A stretch of DNA of 63,802 nt, the filler included, from Cercozoa sp. M6MM (Eukaryota; Protista; Endomyxa: Ascetosporea), in assembly GCA_040357565.1 (NCBI GenBank). It is 10 parts of 10 records of this genome, joined end to end, with 100 filler letters (N's around TTAATTAATTAA, not from the genome) between each part and the next. Parts side by side here need not be neighbours in the genome. Positions count along the whole stretch, not along the records: positions 58,095 to 62,498 come from JBDODJ010001145.1; positions 62,599 to 63,802 come from JBDODJ010002116.1; 8 more parts are not named here. One strand, written 5' to 3'. A program made the translations under genes and the position numbers. This document shows, one piece after another, positions 58,095 through 63,802 of the stretch (the first letter of the stretch is position 1; every line of letters starts with the position of its first letter). Below the pieces are notes generated by a model that saw only the letters and a program-made list of their open reading frames with translations, had not been told where the DNA came from and did not search any database.

Positions 58095-59283
58095 AAACCA
58101 CCCCTCTTTTTAATCACCCCCCCACCACCCAGATCTACACTCTTCCCATACACCACAATCTTCCGATCTATGCAACTATTCGTTGAGGTTTTCCGGGGGG
58201 GTTAAGGGGTTAAGGAAGGGTGTTAAGGGGTAAAGGAAGGGGGTTAAGGGGGGAGCAAAACTACCACAGTGTCGATGGCAAAGTTGCGCACATCGAAAAC
58301 CTTCACAGTGCCGTAGACCTTCTCCTTTGCGTTCTCGTCTGAATGGGGCGGGTAAAGGGAGGTAAATAGGGAGGTAAACAGGGGGTAAACAGGGGGGTAA
58401 AACAGGGGGTAAACAGGGGGGTAAACAGGGGGTAAACAGGGGGGTAAACAGGAGGGGGGTAAACAGGGGGGTAAAGCAGCTACCGCGCATGGCAGGTCCA
58501 TCGGCAGCGACCGAGAACAGACGCGTTCCGTCCGGCGAACACGCCAGTGCCAGCACCTTTAAACAAAATGAGGGACAAATGGACAGCTGAGGTGTACGAT
58601 CTGGACAAGGTACAGACTGTACAAACAATGTACCTTGGAACGATGCGCGCGGAACTGTCGCACAAACACGACATCGCCGAGACACTTCTTCCTGCCGGGG
58701 GTAGGGGAGTGAAGGGGGTGTTAAAGGGGCGTTAAGAAGGGCTACCAGAGCTTGATGATTCCATCAGCACTCGCAGTGGCCTGCGCAAACACGTGTGTGT
58801 GTACACTTGTAGCCACCATCGTGGCCACACTTGGAAGCATCGGTGTGTGTGTACCAGGAACTGCGTGTGCGGCGTCACCAGAGTGGCCGTCACCGGCACG
58901 CGGTGCTCGTAGCTGCAACACACACCGCGTCGCTCCAAACAAGCGCCAAACACCGAAAAAACTCACCTTCGCTCGTATTTCGCAGCAGAAGGCAGATTTA
59001 TCAGCTCCTTCTCGCTCAACTGAAGTTGAAATCACACTTTACACTCAATCAACATGAGCACACTCTGGGATACCTCAATCTGTCGCAACTGGCGCTCAGC
59101 CGCAGCTTGATCTGCTGTGCGCTGTCGTTTCTTGTCGCCTTCGGCGGCTTCAGCGCGGACAGTGGCGTCGGCCACGCGTTTTTCACCCACTTGGACCGGC
59201 TCTTGTTGCTGGTCATTGCCAGCGCCTAGACCCGGGATCTGGGGGCCAAAGTCACCATCGCTGTCACTGTCGCTACTACTCAT
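58095..59283 (-). CDS. PPWD1: PPWD1/CYP71 WD40-cyclophilin, N-terminal part
   Basis: DFGP, NLPSAAKYE.SYEHR, ATASADGIIKLWKK, VFVRQFRAH, VKVFDVRNF. Confidence 0.88.
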
Positions 59284-59543
59284 GGCTGTCAGCACTGCCA
59301 CTCGCCAAACCACGGTGCTTCTAATGGCGATTTCTGCAACATTATGGTTTTCTTATTTTCGTCGTCCAATATTTATCATTTTCTGGTACACTGGGGCGGA
59401 GTCAAAGTTCGGAATTTTGCTTTCAGCACGCACTGTACTTACTTTTTGGCAGTTCTTTTTATCTATTGATTGGTAAAGCAGTCACATTGGGAGCGTTAGA
59501 TGACCTTTCCTTGGTCTGCGATCAGCATGTCTGGATTCTGGAG

Positions 59544-60957
59544 ATGTGTGACTTGTTGCCCAGGTGCATGTGGTTGTTGCTACTGCTCCTAAGTATGACA
59601 ACCTGTGCCTGCATGGGAGCGAGTTCTCAGGAACTGCGCGGACAGCGTCGCAGTCTAAGTTTTAAGAGTGCTGGTCGCGCGCATTCTATCGATGTTTACA
59701 CTCCACCAGATTATGAAAGCAGTCAGGTACGGTGATTAGAAGACCTGTGGTTTGTGTCTGCGATGCGGAGAAAAATTATTTAAAATAGGCAAGATACAGC
59801 GCACTGCACGTTTTGCACGGGCTAGGCCAGAGTCACCTGTCGCAGCGTGGCTACAAAGACCTGCTCCTTCGTCTCGAAGAGTCTGGTGTGTTGGGGTTTA
59901 TCTCTTTTTGAGTTTGCGAAATTCAGTCTGCGTAGGCATCCAGATGATTGTCGTATTCCATGGTAACACTGCTCAATTTTGTGAAATATTATGCTTACAT
60001 TAGCGTGTGTGCAGACGGCCAGTTTCGCAGTTTCTGGAGCGATTCGCTCGATCGCGAACCCTATTTGTAGCTTCGCCAGACCAGTGCGTTCAAACATGCA
60101 GTTACTATGTAGGGAAGATGCGCCACGTGTTGCCGCGAGCACTGACCTGTTGAACAGCGTTGCGCATGTTGATGCGAACTTTCGCACGGTACACTGCGAG
60201 AGTCGACTGCTGAAGACTTGTTGATTGCAAAATACAGGTGCCACAAAGAGAGAACCGAGTCCTGTTGGGCTTCTCGATGGTAAACGAGTCGATGTCCTTT
60301 GACACTGCCTCTACTGATTAAGGTAGGGCGCATTCGGTGCCTATGTGACTTCACTGCGAAACACGGAAGTCTTCGCGGCTGTCATGCCGGTGGACGGCGG
60401 TTTCTACCGTAAGTTTCATCATCTAGTCAAAGGAAAAAATGAAAGCTGGGGTCACAGGCGATTTGGCGGAACTGACGGAGCGACATGCTTTCATTGCGCG
60501 TGATGTTTACAGCGACAATGCCAGTTACTTTGAACGGTGCCTTGTGTTCTTTTATTTTCTGAACTCATGTGTGCAAAAGCATGTGTCCCTGCAGATGGGC
60601 ACCCTTTACACTCACGGAGGACCGACGCGATGTCCTTCGAAACGGCCGTCTGGACTTCTTTTTCATTGTGCGTTTTGTGTCAGAAAGAGTGTGCTGTAAG
60701 AATCACGTTGTTGCTTTGTTCCAGAACGGTCGAGAGAGTTTCTTCCGCGAGACAACTTTCGAACTCATCAAGAAACTCCGTGACTCAGTTGGAGTTCCCG
60801 TGGACAGTCTTGTTCACTTTGAGGCACTGGAGTGGTACAATACCTCACTGCTGTTCGAGTACTATCATATTTTTGCAGCGGACATGACCTGGTGTGCTTC
60901 GTGGCAAGCGACACCTTCACGCGCGCACTGGCGTGGCTGCACAACTACTGCACGTGA
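59544..60957 (+). CDS. Secreted alpha/beta-hydrolase, putative esterase family
   Basis: Signal peptide; VYTPPDY, HVLHG, VDANFRT..RENRVLLGFSMGAFGA (GxSxG), GHD near the C-terminus; 10 GT-AG introns. Confidence 0.85.
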
Positions 60958-62160
60958 TCCGTTCAGGCGCCTGCACCGTGGCGAGTGATATCGTATCATT
61001 GCCTCGTTTTAGCACGAGCAAACTCCAAGTCACGCCTAGTAAGCAATCTTGTTACCGTAGCCCTCTAAGATAGGGGATCAGGCGTTGGTAAATCGAGGGT
61101 ACTTTCGTTTGCCAGTGATACAAAGTTACTAAGGAACGTAAGAAACGAAAGTCTGTTCTTGTAGGGAGAGTGGCCTAGTGCCAGTTCGAAAGAGTGAGCT
61201 ATCCCAACGGTTCAGTTGGGCGGCAAAGCACTGGTGAACGGAAGGACATCCGTCAGATTTACTGCAGAAAGGACAGCCAGTTGCGTGAAGTAAGTTTAAG
61301 GAAGACGAAACTCATGGCCAAGGCTCTTGAGACGGAAAGGCGTCGTCAGAACTGAGTAGTGAGGATTCAGAAGTACTTTAGTTGCGTGAAGTAAGGAAGA
61401 AGAAAGAAGAAGGGAGAAGGGTCTCTGGTCGAGAGAGCGCTTCCTTGAGTTCAGCTGCAAAAGAGGACTCCGCTTCCCAGCGAACACACGTCACAATCTT
61501 CCACACCTCTCTTGAGGTTTTTGTAAGTCTTAAAATTGCTTCCGCGCGGATACAGTAAATCATGCTGTAACAATCTTTTAGTATAAAGCCTAGGTAAACC
61601 TCTTTGTCGAATCAGGAGTTTGGGAGCCCGCGTAGAAACTGCTCGCAGGCCTACGAGACTGTCGATAAGCTTGTCCTGTATGTGCGAGCAGAGGTGTTCG
61701 AAGTATTCCAGGAGGTAGAAGGTCGGATATTTAGGCATGCTCAACACACAACTTTAACAGGCACGCTATGAGCAGAGTTCTGCGCCCAAGAAGGCGCAGG
61801 ATTCGTTCGTGCCTACATGGTCCAGCGCGTCCGCCGATGCACGCGCTCTAGTGCGTGTGCACTAAAGCAAGCTGCTGTCGGAGTTCAAAGCAGCAATTAA
61901 GCCTCAGTTTTGGTCGGAACTGCACCCCTCTTTCTCTTTCTTGCTTTTGTTCCTACGCAGTCAGGCACAACCTTCAATTCAAGTAGCGTTTCCTGTGTTT
62001 GCGCGTGTCTGCGCGTCAACTGACGAGTCGCGGCAGCGTGTGCCACGAGTGTGATCGCGACACTGACGTCGTGACTGTGTCAACGTGTGCCGGCACAGCG
62101 GCCCTGTTGCTTTCGTGTTGGACGAAGCTTGCGACTCTGAGAACAATCCTCGAGAACCGG

Positions 62161-62498
62161 TTTTGAGTAACTCGAGTAAATTACGCTCAGCGACACGAAT
62201 TACTCGGATTACTCGAACTATTACTCGAGGTACTCGCATATTACTCGAATTACTCGCGAAATTTTGAGTAATCCGAGTAAATTACGCTCAGCGACACGAA
62301 TTACTCTGATTACTCTACTATTACTCTACTGTTACTCCAGTTACTTGATAGTTACTCGAGTTACTCAACGAATTACTCGAGTTACTCAACGAATTACTCG
62401 AGTTACCAAGCTAGTACTCAGATTACTCTGATTATTACTCAAGTTACTCACAAATTACTCGAGTTACCCGATAAATTACTCGAGTTACCCGATAAATT
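62161..62498. repeat. TTACTC(GAG)-based satellite with palindromic cores and a duplicated ~46-bp block
   Basis: Many TTACTC units; the block ttttgagtaa..cgagtaaattacgctcagcgacacgaattactc occurs at 62161 and 62262. Confidence 0.85.
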
Positions 62499-62598
62499 NN
62501 NNNNNNNNNNNNNNNNNNNNNNNNNNNNNNNNNNNNNNNNNNTTAATTAATTAANNNNNNNNNNNNNNNNNNNNNNNNNNNNNNNNNNNNNNNNNNNN

Positions 62599-63802
62599 GG
62601 GGGGCGGGGGGGGGGGGCAAAACACTCGCCATACCTGTCGCGACGAGCGTCTTCGGCGCTTGCGTGGCGGCTGTTCCAGCTCGGGTTCTTGTTCCGGCTC
62701 AGGCTCTGGCTCAGACTGTTCCGGCTCAGACTGATGTTCCGGCTCAGACTGTTCCGGCTCAGACTCGGGCTCGGATGGCCGCCGAGCACTGCGGCGACTG
62801 CGGCGACGCGGTCGTTTTTTCGGAAGCGGCGGCGCCTCGTCGGGCAGCGACTGCGACGGCAGGTACTCGCTCTGACTCTCGCGGACAGGCCTGTCCGTCC
62901 GGGAGGTACTGTCCCTGGTACTGCTGTCCGAGGTACTGTTCGAGGTACTGCTGTCCGAGGTACTGCTGTCCCTGGTGCTGTGCGTGTCTTTGACGGCATC
63001 ACCGACGGTATCACCGACGGTATCATCGGTACCGACAGGGACGGTGTCATCAGCCACCGGATCAGCGGCCGGGTCAGTGACGGTGCGTCGCAACGGCAGT
63101 CGCTGCTGCCTGACCGGCGTGCGACGGTGCCGCGTGTGCGCCTCGCTGCGGTCCACCTCGAGCGACAGCGCCTCCACCGACGGCCTGTTAACAATNNNNN
63201 NNNNNGGGGGGCGGGGGGGGGGGGCAAAACACTCGCCATACCTGTCGCGACGAGCGTCTTCGGCGCTTGCGTGGCGGCTGTTCCAGCTCGGGTTCTTGTT
63301 CCGGCTCAGGCTCTGGCTCAGACTGTTCCGGCTCAGACTGATGTTCCGGCTCAGACTGTTCCGGCTCAGACTCGGGCTCGGATGGCCGCCGAGCACTGCG
63401 GCGACTGCGGCGACGCGGTCGTTTTTTCGGAAGCGGCGGCGCCTCGTCGGGCAGCGACTGCGACGGCAGGTACTCGCTCTGACTCTCGCGGACAGGCCTG
63501 TCCGTCCGGGAGGTACTGTCCCTGGTACTGCTGTCCGAGGTACTGTTCGAGGTACTGCTGTCCGAGGTACTGCTGTCCCTGGTGCTGTGCGTGTCTTTGA
63601 CGGCATCACCGACGGTATCACCGACGGTATCATCGGTACCGACAGGGACGGTGTCATCAGCCACCGGATCAGCGGCCGGGTCAGTGACGGTGCGTCGCAA
63701 CGGCAGTCGCTGCTGCCTGACCGGCGTGCGACGGTGCCGCGTGTGCGCCTCGCTGCGGTCCACCTCGAGCGACAGCGCCTCCACCGACGGCCTGTTAACA
63801 AT
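62599..63802 (-). repeat. Two identical ~597-bp copies of an exon encoding a low-complexity S/T- and EP-rich protein segment, separated by 10 Ns
   Basis: 62599-63195 equals 63206-63802; translation includes DSSTSDSST, PKKRPRRR and EPEQSEPE. Confidence 0.85.

Noticed and set aside
62599-63802. Tandem exon duplication as real biology
   Set aside because: Identical copies separated by a 10-N scaffold gap; most likely an assembly artefact unless long reads confirm it

Overview
This is genomic DNA from a compact, intron-rich microbial eukaryote, probably a flagellate protist. It is not one continuous locus: ten contigs are joined by artificial N(44)-TTAATTAATTAA-N(44) spacers, so gene adjacency across a spacer means nothing. 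Manual splicing at GT...AG introns (mostly 40-250 nt, standard genetic code) gives about 29 gene models, several of them tentative. Recognisable products are an M20 peptidase, kynureninase, CCDC6-like, SEC61 alpha, SLX9-like, poly(A) polymerase, CTNNBL1, the DDX46 and ProRS C-termini, a secreted histidine phosphatase, uridine kinase/UPRT, an SH3BGR-like protein, a CaMK, an ABCG half-transporter, an IQ/coiled-coil DRC-like protein, ICMT, DDX55, PPWD1 and a secreted bacterial-type esterase. The most interesting observations are: (1) a secreted Gly/Tyr-rich polyprotein built like a prohormone, with RK and G-RK sites; (2) a SEC61A start codon apparently split by an intron (A|TG); (3) a CTGTTTACCCCCC motif shared by introns on unlinked contigs, plus minisatellites private to single introns; (4) an Smr-like domain behind a signal peptide; (5) a decayed MULE-like transposase. 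All homology calls come from motif recognition by eye, with no database searches.
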